In this document: positions 41,645-50,947 of the stretch, one piece after another | Numbering within the stretch: the first letter of the stretch is position 1 | How the letters are laid out: each line of letters opens with the position of its first letter | From: an uncultured delta proteobacterium | GTDB lineage: Bacteria > Desulfobacterota > Binatia > Binatales > Binataceae | Direction: 5' to 3' | Length of the DNA: 64,000 nt | NCBI GenBank assembly: GCA_963794325.1 | Contig: CAWCDG010000004.1 | Span: forward strand, 64,001-128,000 | Made by a program: the position numbers and the translations under genes | The notes under the pieces: model-generated | What the model saw: only the letters and a program-made list of their open reading frames with translations | What the model was told of the DNA's origin: nothing | Database searches by the model: none

Positions 41645-41724
41645 ATGCGGGGCTGCTCGCCCCGCACCCTCGGCAGGGGTGACCTCCTTCGGCTTCGCTC
41701 AGGACAGGCTCTGCACCCAGTATT
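41645..41724 (+). repeat. Family A repeat copy 3 carrying a nested family B half-REP (41685-41710)
   Basis: GGCAGGGGTGACC[TCCTTCGGCTTCGCTCAGGACAGGCT]CTGCACCCAGTATT. Confidence 0.7.
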
Positions 41725-41738
41725 CGGAAACGAGGGAT

Positions 41739-42074
41739 TTAGCCGCCGGTGATCGGACGCTCGGGCTCCGCGACGCAATATGCGCATCGGCAGAGACTCC
41801 TCAGTTGCGGCATCGTGTAGATAGTCTCGTGACCGTCAACCCATCCGATGAAAACCGCCGCTTCGCCCAGCCGCGAAAGCTGGCGCATCCGCATCGACGC
41901 GGGCGGCACGTCGCCGCTCACGTTGCCCTTGCATGCGTCGCACATACATCCGCGGCGCAAATTTTCCAGCGGGAAGATGCTGTCGTGACCGTCGACCCAT
42001 TGCACGCCGACGGCATAACGCCCCACTTCGTGCAGCCCTTTGATCTTCGGAGACTTTGACTTGATTAGCGCCAT
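41739..42074 (-). CDS. Tandem DUF971 (GBBH N-terminal-like) metal-binding protein
   Basis: Two repeats of W.DGH..I....LR..C.C..C. Confidence 0.85.
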   Translation of the reverse strand: MALIKSKSPKIKGLHEVGRYAVGVQWVDGHDSIFPLENLRRGCMCDACKGNVSGDVPPASMRMRQLSRLGEAAVFIGWVDGHETIYTMPQLRSLCRCAYCVAEPERPITGG

Positions 42075-42178
42075 CGGTGCAGTCTTTCGTTAAGTATATC
42101 TGCCGCGCCTCCGGGTGTGGAGATGTTATTTTCGGCTACTGCTTTTATAAACCTCGTTCAGGAAAGGAGACTCGAACC

Positions 42179-42655
42179 ATGGATGAAAAAGCAAAAAAAC
42201 AAGCGCTGTTGATGATCCCGTACGGGTTGTTCGTGCTCGGCGCAGCTCACGGCGGCAAGGCGACTGCCGCGACGGTCAACTGGGTCACGCAAGCCAGCTT
42301 CAATCCGCCGTTGGTCGTAGTCGGGATCAAGAAGGATTCGGGCTCGCATGCGATGGTGAAAGATTCGAAAAAGTTCGCGCTCTCGATGCTCGCATCCGGG
42401 CAGAAGGGAATCGCGGGCGCGTTCTTTCGTCATGTCGAGCCCAAGGACGGAAAGTTCGGTGACTTCGCGTTCGAGAACGGCAGCAACGGCGCACCGATCA
42501 TCAGCGACGCGCCGGCTTCGGTCGAATGCGAAGTGGTCGGCTTCTACGAGCTCGGCGATCACAGCGTCGTCGTCGGCAAAGTCAGCGAGGCACACGTCAA
42601 GCGCGACGCGGAGGCGCTGACGATGAAAGAAACCGGATGGAACTACGGCGGCTGA
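42179..42655 (+). CDS. Flavin reductase family protein
   Basis: IPYGLFVL, WVTQASFNPPLV, GDHSVVVG, GWNYGG. Confidence 0.92.
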   Translation: MDEKAKKQALLMIPYGLFVLGAAHGGKATAATVNWVTQASFNPPLVVVGIKKDSGSHAMVKDSKKFALSMLASGQKGIAGAFFRHVEPKDGKFGDFAFENGSNGAPIISDAPASVECEVVGFYELGDHSVVVGKVSEAHVKRDAEALTMKETGWNYGG

Positions 42656-42662
42656 TGGAAGG

Positions 42663-43728
42663 GTGGCGGATTCCTCTGAAATTAAAGACGCGCTGGAGAG
42701 GCTGACTGCGAATGCCAGCCGCGAGTTGCTCGTCAAGCAGCCGCATTGGGGCGACGCTATCCTGTGCGACGGCCTCCTCTATGCGGCGCTTGCCCTGAAA
42801 ACGGACGCGCCGGTCGAGGCGGCGCAGCGATGGTTCGAGCCGAAGCTCGCGGCGGGTCCGCGCACCAATGGATGGTTCTGGTTCTGGGCGGCCGAAGCGC
42901 TGCCGGCGCTCGACCTGTATGAGAAGACCGGTGACGCGCGTTATCTCGAATATGCGCGCACGATCATAGATTTCATGGAACACACGGCGGCGCGCACCCT
43001 CGATGGCGCTCTCGTGCCGCACCCCCCAGCGATGGAAATCTGGATCGACGTGTCCTACTTCACGGCACCCGCAATGACGCTGCTCGGACGAATCTTGCAC
43101 GACGTCGCGATGCAGGATCGTGCGCTCGATCAGATGATCCTTCATGCGGATCATCTCGATCGATCCCCTCACCGGTCTTTTCTGGCACGTCGCCTACGTC
43201 GAAAAGAAGTCGCATTCGCGGTGCTTATGGGCTCGGGGCAATAGTTGGTTTTCGATCGCGGCGCCGCAAGTGATCGCGGAAATAGAAGCAGCCGGAGCGA
43301 CTCCACGGCTTGCCGCAAAGGTTGAGAAGATACAGACGGCGCTGGCGCGACAGCTCAACAAAATCGCCACGCTGCAGGACGAGTCGGGCTTGTGGCATAC
43401 CGTGATCGATCGCGACGATTCGTATCTCGAAGCGTCGTCGGCGGCTGGATTCGCGCTTGCGCTCGGACGCGCTCTTCGCGCGAGCCTGCCGGGCCTCGAC
43501 GACGCTCGCGCGCACAATGCGTACTTGCGCGCTCTCCGCGCCATTTGTTCGAAGATAGATGCGCACGGCGCGTTCAACGACGTGTCGCAACAGACACCGC
43601 CGGGCGACTTTGCGTTTTACAATTCGATCGAGGTCGGGACCGCGCCGTTTGCAACCGGCGTGTGCATGATGGCGCTCAGTGAGGCACTTGGAAACGAGAC
43701 ATGGCTGATAAAAATAAAAAAGTCGTAG
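42663..43728 (+). CDS. Glycoside hydrolase family 88/105-like protein (frameshifted near 43158)
   Basis: WID..YF, TGLFWH, WARGNSW, QDESGLW, YLEASS; removing one G at 43158 restores HLIDPLTG. Confidence 0.82.
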
Positions 43729-44762
43729 TTCTGCCGGGGGACGATGCGGCGCCGGAGGCGATGGCGGCGACGATGGACGCGCTGCGCGCCCTGAAACTTC
43801 CGATCGATTACGTCGAGTTCCCGGTCGGCGAGAAATGGGTGCGCGGCGAGACTGAGGCACTCGCGCGAAAGGCAATCGATGCGTCCGACACGACGCTGTT
43901 CGGGTCCACCTCGGGCAAGACTACCGCAATCACCTACCTCCGATGGGGCAAGCAGACCTTCGCGAACGTCCGGCCAGTGCGGTACTCGAAGGGTTTTGCG
44001 AGTCCGCTCGCCAAGCCTGAGGGAATCGACTTCGTGATCGTGCGCGAAAATCTCGAGGACCTGTATCTAGGGCTCGAAGGCCCGCTCGAAGCGCTCGCGC
44101 CGCTCAAGCTGATGAGCAAAATTCTGCGCGCGCCGCTCGATACGTCCGAGCGCGGCATCTATGCGATCAAAGTGATCACCGAGCGCGCGACGCGCCGCGT
44201 CGCCGAGTTCGCCTGCCAGCTCGCGATGAAGCGCAAGCGCGCCGGCGGCAAGGGCAAGCTCACCTGCACCTCGAAGTACAACATGCTGCGCGAGTCGGAT
44301 GGGCTGTTCCGCAGAATCGTCGAAGAAACCGCGGCCAAGTATCCTGAAATAAAATACGAACAGTTTATCGTTGACGACTTTGCGCGACGCCTCGTGCAAT
44401 CGCCGCACGATCTGGATGTAGTCGTCGCGCCGAATCTCTACGGCGACATTCTGTCTGACGCTGCCGCCGGGACGATCGGTGGTCTAGGTCTCGCGCCCAG
44501 CGGATGCTACGGCGACGACTACGCATACTTCGAGTCAGTGCATGGCACCGCGCCCGATATCATGGGGATGAACATCATAAATCCGTCCGCGACGATGCTC
44601 TCTGCCGCCTTGATGCTCGACTACCTCGGCTTCAGCGCCGACGCATCGCGACTGGACGCCGCAGTGCGCAAGGTTTACGCCGACGGCCGCGTCCTAACCC
44701 CCGACCAGGGCGGCACCGCGAAGACCTCGGAGTTCACCCGCGCCGTGATCGCGAATTTGTAG
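43701..44762 (+). CDS. Isocitrate/isopropylmalate dehydrogenase family protein
   Basis: VRENLEDLY, NLYGDILSD, FESVHGTAPDI, LTPDQGG. Confidence 0.93.
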   Translation: MADKNKKVVVLPGDDAAPEAMAATMDALRALKLPIDYVEFPVGEKWVRGETEALARKAIDASDTTLFGSTSGKTTAITYLRWGKQTFANVRPVRYSKGFASPLAKPEGIDFVIVRENLEDLYLGLEGPLEALAPLKLMSKILRAPLDTSERGIYAIKVITERATRRVAEFACQLAMKRKRAGGKGKLTCTSKYNMLRESDGLFRRIVEETAAKYPEIKYEQFIVDDFARRLVQSPHDLDVVVAPNLYGDILSDAAAGTIGGLGLAPSGCYGDDYAYFESVHGTAPDIMGMNIINPSATMLSAALMLDYLGFSADASRLDAAVRKVYADGRVLTPDQGGTAKTSEFTRAVIANL

Positions 44763-44989
44763 TTACTCTATCTAACGTGAACCCCACCGTGGCGGATCGG
44801 ACGGCGTCTTTGCGAATGGAATATCCCGATGCTGATAGACGGCAAGTCGATTGCGGTGCGAGGAGAAACGCGGTGGATCGAAATTGGTCCGAGGCTCGCT
44901 GGCCAGCCGACCCTCGCGAACTCGCGGCTCAACTAGCGAATCTGATGCTGATTGAATAGCCTCTCCCTGATGGGAGCTTTGCGCAAATA

Positions 44990-45118
44990 ACGCCGGCCGC
45001 AGGAGCGTTCGTCGAGATTCTTCGCTACAGCAGCTTTCGCTCAGAATGACTCAAGGAATCGTCCTGTTCTTTGTGTCTTCCTGAGCGCAGCGAAGGATCT
45101 CGCGCGCAGCGCGTCTCG
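44990..45118. repeat. Family B REP element, arms rearranged relative to 8041-8154
   Basis: 45011-45050 is the reverse complement of 8041-8080; about 45074-45116 matches the reverse complement of about 8112-8154. Confidence 0.8.
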
Positions 45119-45226
45119 CTTCGCGCCGGCGTGAGGTTATACAAAGGTCTCCTGATAGCGAAAGGCCAGGATAGGACTCGGTCATAGAGTAGGTCTCAAA
45201 AAACTCATATAGTGAGGCGGAAATAG

Positions 45227-46213
45227 ATGTCGACTTTGAATTGGCCATCGGGCCGCTCAGTTAAGATTGCGGCGCGCGCTAATCAGCATTCGATCCATCT
45301 TACGGTTCATGAAACTGGCGACGGGCCCGCAGTGGTTTTCTGTCATGGGTTTCCTGAGCTGGCGTATTCGTGGCGGCATCAGGTGCCCGTCGTCGCGGCG
45401 GCGGGCTTTCGTGCGATCGCTCCCGATCAGCGCGGGTATGCGGACTCGAGCGCGCCGCCTGCAGTCACTGACTACGGCCTTACCGAGCTGACGGGAGATA
45501 TGGCTGGGATGCTCGACGCGCTGAAGATCGATCGCGCGATCTTCGTCGGTCACGACTGGGGCGGCTTCGTCGCGTGGGCGATGCCGCTGCTGTATCCGGA
45601 TCGGACGGCGGGGGTCATCGGAGTATGCACGCCTTACATGGCAATCCCGCCGATTTCGGTCTTGCGCGCGATGGTCAATGGCAAAGACGAGCGCATGTAC
45701 ATCGTATGGTTCCAGGAACCGGGGCGTGCGGAGAGCGTGATGGATTCGAAGGCGCGACTGATCTTCGATCGCTTGATGCGGGCGCCGCTCTCGCCGGAGG
45801 AGTCAGCTAAGCGCTCGATGGCGAGCGGCGAGCTGGACATGAATCCGTTCCGGCGTATCGAAGAGTTGAAGCCGGAGACTGCGACGATAGTTACTCGTGA
45901 AGAGCTCGACACTTATGTGCACGCATACGAGAAGAGCGGGTTTCGCGGTGGAATCAACTGGTATCGGAACATCGATCGCAACCTGCGCGAGCATCCTGAG
46001 ATTGGGGCGAAGAAGCTCGACCTGCCGTGCTTGATGATCACCGCCGAGTGGGACGGCGCGCTGCCGCCGCGAATGGCGGCTGGGATGCCGGCGCTATGCT
46101 CGGATCTCGAGATGCATAATATCGAGCGCGCGGGGCATTGGGTGCAGCAGGAGTTTCCGGATGAGGTGAATAAGACGATCGTGGGCTGGTTGAAGCGCCG
46201 GTTCAAGAAGTAG
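45227..46213 (+). CDS. Epoxide hydrolase (alpha/beta hydrolase)
   Basis: HGFPE oxyanion motif, GHDWGG Asp nucleophile, INWYRN lid Tyr, GHWVQQE. Confidence 0.92.
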   Translation: MSTLNWPSGRSVKIAARANQHSIHLTVHETGDGPAVVFCHGFPELAYSWRHQVPVVAAAGFRAIAPDQRGYADSSAPPAVTDYGLTELTGDMAGMLDALKIDRAIFVGHDWGGFVAWAMPLLYPDRTAGVIGVCTPYMAIPPISVLRAMVNGKDERMYIVWFQEPGRAESVMDSKARLIFDRLMRAPLSPEESAKRSMASGELDMNPFRRIEELKPETATIVTREELDTYVHAYEKSGFRGGINWYRNIDRNLREHPEIGAKKLDLPCLMITAEWDGALPPRMAAGMPALCSDLEMHNIERAGHWVQQEFPDEVNKTIVGWLKRRFKK

Positions 46214-46272
46214 TGGACGCGCTCAAGCAGCCGCTGGATCTTGCGAGGTGTTAGCGCCGTCGCGATTGACAG

Positions 46273-46310
46273 GCAACCTAACCCCTAACCCCTTCCCGAG
46301 CGGGAAGGGG
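46273..46310. repeat. Family C palindromic repeat
   Basis: Exact reverse complement of 14151-14188. Confidence 0.8.
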
Positions 46311-46331
46311 GACCAGATTAAGAGGGAGCGA

Positions 46332-46712
46332 CTACTTAGTGTAGTCGAAGATTTCGTGCTCCTCGGTCAGGAAGATCGATGAGTGCTCGAAGTCGATGAA
46401 CTTCGATTCGTCTTCGAGCAGGGCGCGGGCTGCCTCGGCGCTGTCTTGCACCGCGCCGCCTCCGCTGAAGTCCTCGAGACTGTCCCACCATACTTCGGTA
46501 ATGCCGTCGTAGGTCTCTTTCATCTTTGGGCGGGTGTTGCGGATTCCCTTGCCCGCATCTTCGTGCACCGTATGACTCTGCACGTACTTCTTCGCGCGCA
46601 TCGACTTCGCGAAGCCGCGCACCAGCGGTCCGTGCTTCTTCAGCCAGTACTCGTGGAAATCTTTTTCCGAGATATCAGCGCGCTTTTTGACTATGTAAAC
46701 GAGTTTGATCAT
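46332..46712 (-). CDS. EthD-domain protein
   Basis: FHEYWLKKHGPLV, YVQSH, YDGITEVWW, LLEDESKFID. Confidence 0.9.
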   Translation of the reverse strand: MIKLVYIVKKRADISEKDFHEYWLKKHGPLVRGFAKSMRAKKYVQSHTVHEDAGKGIRNTRPKMKETYDGITEVWWDSLEDFSGGGAVQDSAEAARALLEDESKFIDFEHSSIFLTEEHEIFDYTK

Positions 46713-46721
46713 TGCAACACC

Positions 46722-47963
46722 TCACATCGCACGTAATCGATTGAGTATCGTCTCGTCAAACACCTCAGCCGGCAGGACTTCGGGTCCGATGAATGCGGCC
46801 GGCGAGGCGTCGGGGAAATTACCGCGGAGACGTTCGTCGCGAACTTTCGCGCGGCGCTCGCGGGCGCGGTCGCTGAATTCGACGCTCAGTATCGAAAATG
46901 TCGAAGCGGTGAGCCTGAGCCGGCGCATCCGCTCGCGCCGTTCCTCCGCGTAAGGTCGAAACAGGTCGGGCGTCCAGTTGCGATCCTCGAGCATCAGGTC
47001 GCGGACGATGCGCACGTCACGGTAAGCGATCGACAATCCTTGCCCGATGATCGGATCGTTGTGGCCGGCGGCGTCGCCTATCAGCACGACGCCCGCGACG
47101 TATGGCACATCAGTCCAGGTGTCCTCGTTGCCGTACGAGTTGCAGGGCCCCGACGGAGTACCGTTCGCGAGGCACTCGCTGCGGGGGACACTCGCGAGGC
47201 GGAACGCGTCGAGGAAGCGCGCCTGGTTGTCGCCGCCGGCGAAGCGGCGCTTCTCGTCGAGCGCGTAACATATATAGAGACGCACGCGCTCGGCCGATTG
47301 CGGGAACGCGAGAAAGTTGATGCGCGCCTCGGTGCCGAAGATCTGCAAATCCGCTGGCCATCCCGTGGTGCCATCGACCAGCATCCCGGCCATCAGGTGA
47401 TGCGTCGGATCGCGATGCTGCTCGATGCCGGCCTGCGAGCGCACGACGGAGTTGCGGCCGTCGGCGCCGATGACGATACGCGGATTGAACTTGCGCTCGA
47501 CGCCGTTGTGCCTGAATCGCACGCCGGGCGCGGCTCCCGCGGTCAGCTGTACGTCGGTGACGCCGCGAAGCAGTTCGGCGCCTGCTTTGAGCGCCTCGGC
47601 GTTCAGCAGGTCGCACATGTCGGGATGTCGCATGCATAGCGGCGGCTTGAAGCCGGCGTTCTCGAAGGCTTTGAGGTCGAGCAGCTGAGACTCCGCGGTG
47701 GCGGCCTCGATGTCGTCGCCGTAAGCGATGTGCCGCCCGAGATGATGTCCTCCGGCCGCAAGCAACGTTTCGTACAGGCCGAGGCGCTGGGTTTCCGCGA
47801 CGCCCCACGGCGCGAGCCATTCGCCGCGCACATGATCGATATGCACCAGCGTCTTCTCGAGGATCGTCACAGTGATGCCGGCTTGGGCGAGCGCTGTCGC
47901 GAGCGCGCTCCCGCCGATTCCAGCGCCAACGATCACGACCTCGGGGTTGGCGTGTTTTTCCAT
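46722..47963 (-). CDS. FAD-dependent monooxygenase (UbiH/PHBH-like)
   Basis: GAGIGG, IGADGRNS, LIGDAAG..DP..GQG fingerprints. Confidence 0.92.
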   Translation of the reverse strand: MEKHANPEVVIVGAGIGGSALATALAQAGITVTILEKTLVHIDHVRGEWLAPWGVAETQRLGLYETLLAAGGHHLGRHIAYGDDIEAATAESQLLDLKAFENAGFKPPLCMRHPDMCDLLNAEALKAGAELLRGVTDVQLTAGAAPGVRFRHNGVERKFNPRIVIGADGRNSVVRSQAGIEQHRDPTHHLMAGMLVDGTTGWPADLQIFGTEARINFLAFPQSAERVRLYICYALDEKRRFAGGDNQARFLDAFRLASVPRSECLANGTPSGPCNSYGNEDTWTDVPYVAGVVLIGDAAGHNDPIIGQGLSIAYRDVRIVRDLMLEDRNWTPDLFRPYAEERRERMRRLRLTASTFSILSVEFSDRARERRAKVRDERLRGNFPDASPAAFIGPEVLPAEVFDETILNRLRAM

Positions 47964-47968
47964 GCGGC

Positions 47969-49481
47969 TCAGTTCACCACTATATCGAAGTGCGCGGTTT
48001 CAATTTTGCCCGCGCGTTTGAACTGTAGAAAAATTCGATAGTGGCCGGACTTGGGAAACCCGTAAGGCACGGACAGCTCCGGCGAGATGCTCGCGCTCGC
48101 GTTCATGTTCATGCCGGACATGTTCATGCCCGGCATCGAGTTGGAGGTGGCGTCGGAGTTGGTGCTGGCCATCATCAGCGACGCCATTGGGACAGAGCCT
48201 GAAGGATGGATGTGCGCGAACACTTGCAGGTCGGAGCTTATGATTTCGGCGTGCGCGGCCATTCCCATGTACGGCTCGACGTCGGACGCCGGCTTGCCGT
48301 TTTGATCCTGTACTTCGAAGCGCAGGATCATCGGCGCGTTCGCGCGAATCGCGGCGCCGTCGCGATGCCATACGACGCGCGTGCCGTCGTCGAGCACATC
48401 GATCGCGGAATCCGTTGACGACGTGAGCGCGGGCGCATGGCCACCGCAGTCATCGCCCTTGAGCGGTGTGCCGCTTATCTGCGGCAAGTCGATCGAGCCG
48501 ACCAGCGTCCAGGGAAATCCGGTTTGGTCCACGATGTCGGCGAACACGGTGTAGTGGCCGGGCTCAATCCGCGGGAGCGCGTCAACGAACGCTCCATCGG
48601 ACTGGCGATCTGGATGCAAATGCCAGATGCGGTCGAGCGCGGGCGTGCGCAGGAGGAACAGATGCATCAGATGGCCGTGGTCGGGCAGGATGCCGTCCAT
48701 GACGTTGAACCGCAGCCAAAGCTTGTCGTCCGGCGATGGACGAATCGCGAGGCGGTTACCATCGACAACGGTCAGCGCAAGTTTCGGTGGCTTGAATATT
48801 TTCGTAATCGCCGCATAGTTCCGCGCGTCGGCATTCCACCATGCGAATGCGAGATAGAAGATCGCCGCGACGATGACTCCGGTTATCGCCATCGCGCGCC
48901 ATCCGCGACGCTTGAGCTCGGGCGTGACCGGAGCACCCGGAGCGAGGCGCGATTCGCGAGCCGCGCCGCCGACAATTGAAACCGCGCCGATGGCCAGGGC
49001 GATCGCGAGCGTCAGCAGCAATGCGCCCAGCGCCGGCGGCATCGAGAGCATCCGGCGCGCGGCAGATGGAACCGGCACCGACATTTGCGCGTTACCATGC
49101 GGGACCCGCGACGTTTATCAGCACCCGCATCGAGCCGTACTCCATCAGCCAGAGACTCGAAGTGAAGAGATGCGGATCGATTGGAGAACGCTGAGCGGCG
49201 TCCGGGACGGGAGCATACTGCGAGCCCGCGCCTGCGAGGCGAGTCACCGCAGTGGTAACCTTCTGCACGTCGTCGGAGTTGGCACGAATCTGCACATCGG
49301 CGACACCGGGGATTACCGCGGGAACGTTGACCGTCACGAACAAGTGATACGGGCCGGCGTCGCCTTCGTAATAAACGTTGGGACTGCCGACATGCGCGTC
49401 GGCGGGGATCGCGAAGAGCAGGACCGCGACCGCGAGCATCGCGACACGGCTTGCCGATAGCGTCGGGCGGGAGCGGCGCAC
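47969..49481 (-). CDS. His/Met-rich membrane-anchored periplasmic protein with PmoB-like topology (frameshifted near 49102)
   Basis: Signal ADA|HVGS, N-terminal domain, two TM helices, C-terminal domain with DHGHLMH, WHLHP, MGMAAH, AHIHP, MPGMNMSGMNM; removing one base at about 49102 fuses the two ORFs into 503 aa. Confidence 0.75.
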
Positions 49482-49482
49482 G

Positions 49483-50682
49483 TCAGCGGCGGACGGTGCG
49501 CATCCAGTTGCCCAGCGCCATTCCGATCGAGCAGAAGATTATCGACATCGCGAGCGCGATCATCATTCCTTCACTGAATGCGGCCCAAGTCTTATCCAAA
49601 TCGGCGAAATGATATGGGTTGTAGAGCAAATTGGCGGCGTCGAAAAACCCGAAATAGTTGGCGCCGAAAATTGGATTGCGCGCATAAGGCGAGATGAGGA
49701 ACTCCGCGAATGGCCACTGCGCCGCGACGAACGCCGCGATGAAAACAAATCCGGCTGCAAGCGCGGATTTCCAGCCGCCCCACTTCTCGCCCATCCGCGC
49801 GCGCAGCAGATCGAGCGCGAATGCGGGCACGATCACCAGTACCGGGAACCATAGCGGCACCATGTGCGTGACGTGCTGATACACCGGGCCGAGTTTGGGC
49901 GCGGCAGGGAATAGCGGGAAGATCCACAAGGCAGCGAGAAAGAGTCCGGTGTAAATTGCGGCCATCGTGGTCGCCGGCCAGCGATTTCTGGAGACGACTC
50001 GAGATCGCGATCAGCGCACAGCGGAAATGAAGTCGCCGACCGCGCGATAGAACTCCGAGCTGTGCATGAATTCCATCGGCGTCGATTCAAGGATGAACAA
50101 CGCCGAGCCTGCGACGACGATGCCGCCGATGGTGAGCAGCAGCCAGTCGAGGCGGCGCTGATAGCTGCCGGTCGCGCGGTTGAGATGCGCGCATACCAGC
50201 AGCATCGCGCCAAGTTCGATCATCAACTCGCCCATTCCGAGCATCGAATGCGGCAGGCTGACGATTTTGACATCGAGTCCGTAGGCGTTATGCCACCAGT
50301 TGTCGAAGGGCGCCGAAGTCAGCATCGCAAATCCGCCCCAGGCTGCCATGAAACATCCGAGCGGCCCGCGAAAGCCCCAGACCGAGATGCTTGAGTCCCT
50401 GGCTTCCTGCGAGTTGCCGAAGGTGGTCGATAGAATCGCGTAGCCGCTGGCAATCCCGGCCAGCACGCCCGCGAGATAGATCATCATGTGCGCGGGGGTC
50501 CAGAAGGTGTCGCGGCCGATCGAGATATGCCACGAGATGTCCCAGTAACCGCCGAACACGTCGGCGGCAGTCGCAGCGGCGAGGCACCACACGTACCACG
50601 GAATCGACGCGGTGCGCTCGGCCGCGACGCTACGAACGTCAGCGCGCGGGCGAAGGTCGAAGGTTGCGGCGGCATTTCCCAT
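49483..50682 (-). CDS. Polytopic membrane protein with PmoC-like copper motifs and PmoA-like C-terminal half (garbled at about 49995-50040)
   Basis: ATG 50682 after GAGGAG; WDISWHISIGRDTFWTPAH and FDNWWHNAYGLDVKIVSLPH; the two ORFs share a frame separated by one TGA, best explained by three 1-nt insertions. Confidence 0.75.
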
Positions 50683-50947
50683 GGCTGGTCTCCTCGACAA
50701 TTGTAGCGTTATGCCGCGCGTCCGCCCACAGGTGGAGACAATCGAAATCCTGCGCATGACTCCCGCTCACGTGCCATCGAGTGTTCCGTTCTGAAGCCTA
50801 AGCGCGCTGATGATGTTTGCTCGAATGACCTTTGATCGGCTGGCGCGGGCTATCGGCAGGATTCAGCGAATTCCAGTTAACCAACGATGACTGGCATCCC
50901 GCTTGCAGTTCATCGCTGTGGGGGCCTTTCCTACAAAAGGGGCGGGA

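Noticed and set aside
44763-44990. Possible gene remnant after the dehydrogenase
   Set aside because: Only short ORFs without recognisable motifs; cannot be supported
50011-50013. In-frame TGA in the PmoC/A-like gene as selenocysteine or read-through
   Set aside because: The in-frame residues around it (GDFISAVR*SRSR) break a TM helix, whereas removing three single bases gives a clean hydrophobic helix; no SECIS evidence; the window has many insertion errors
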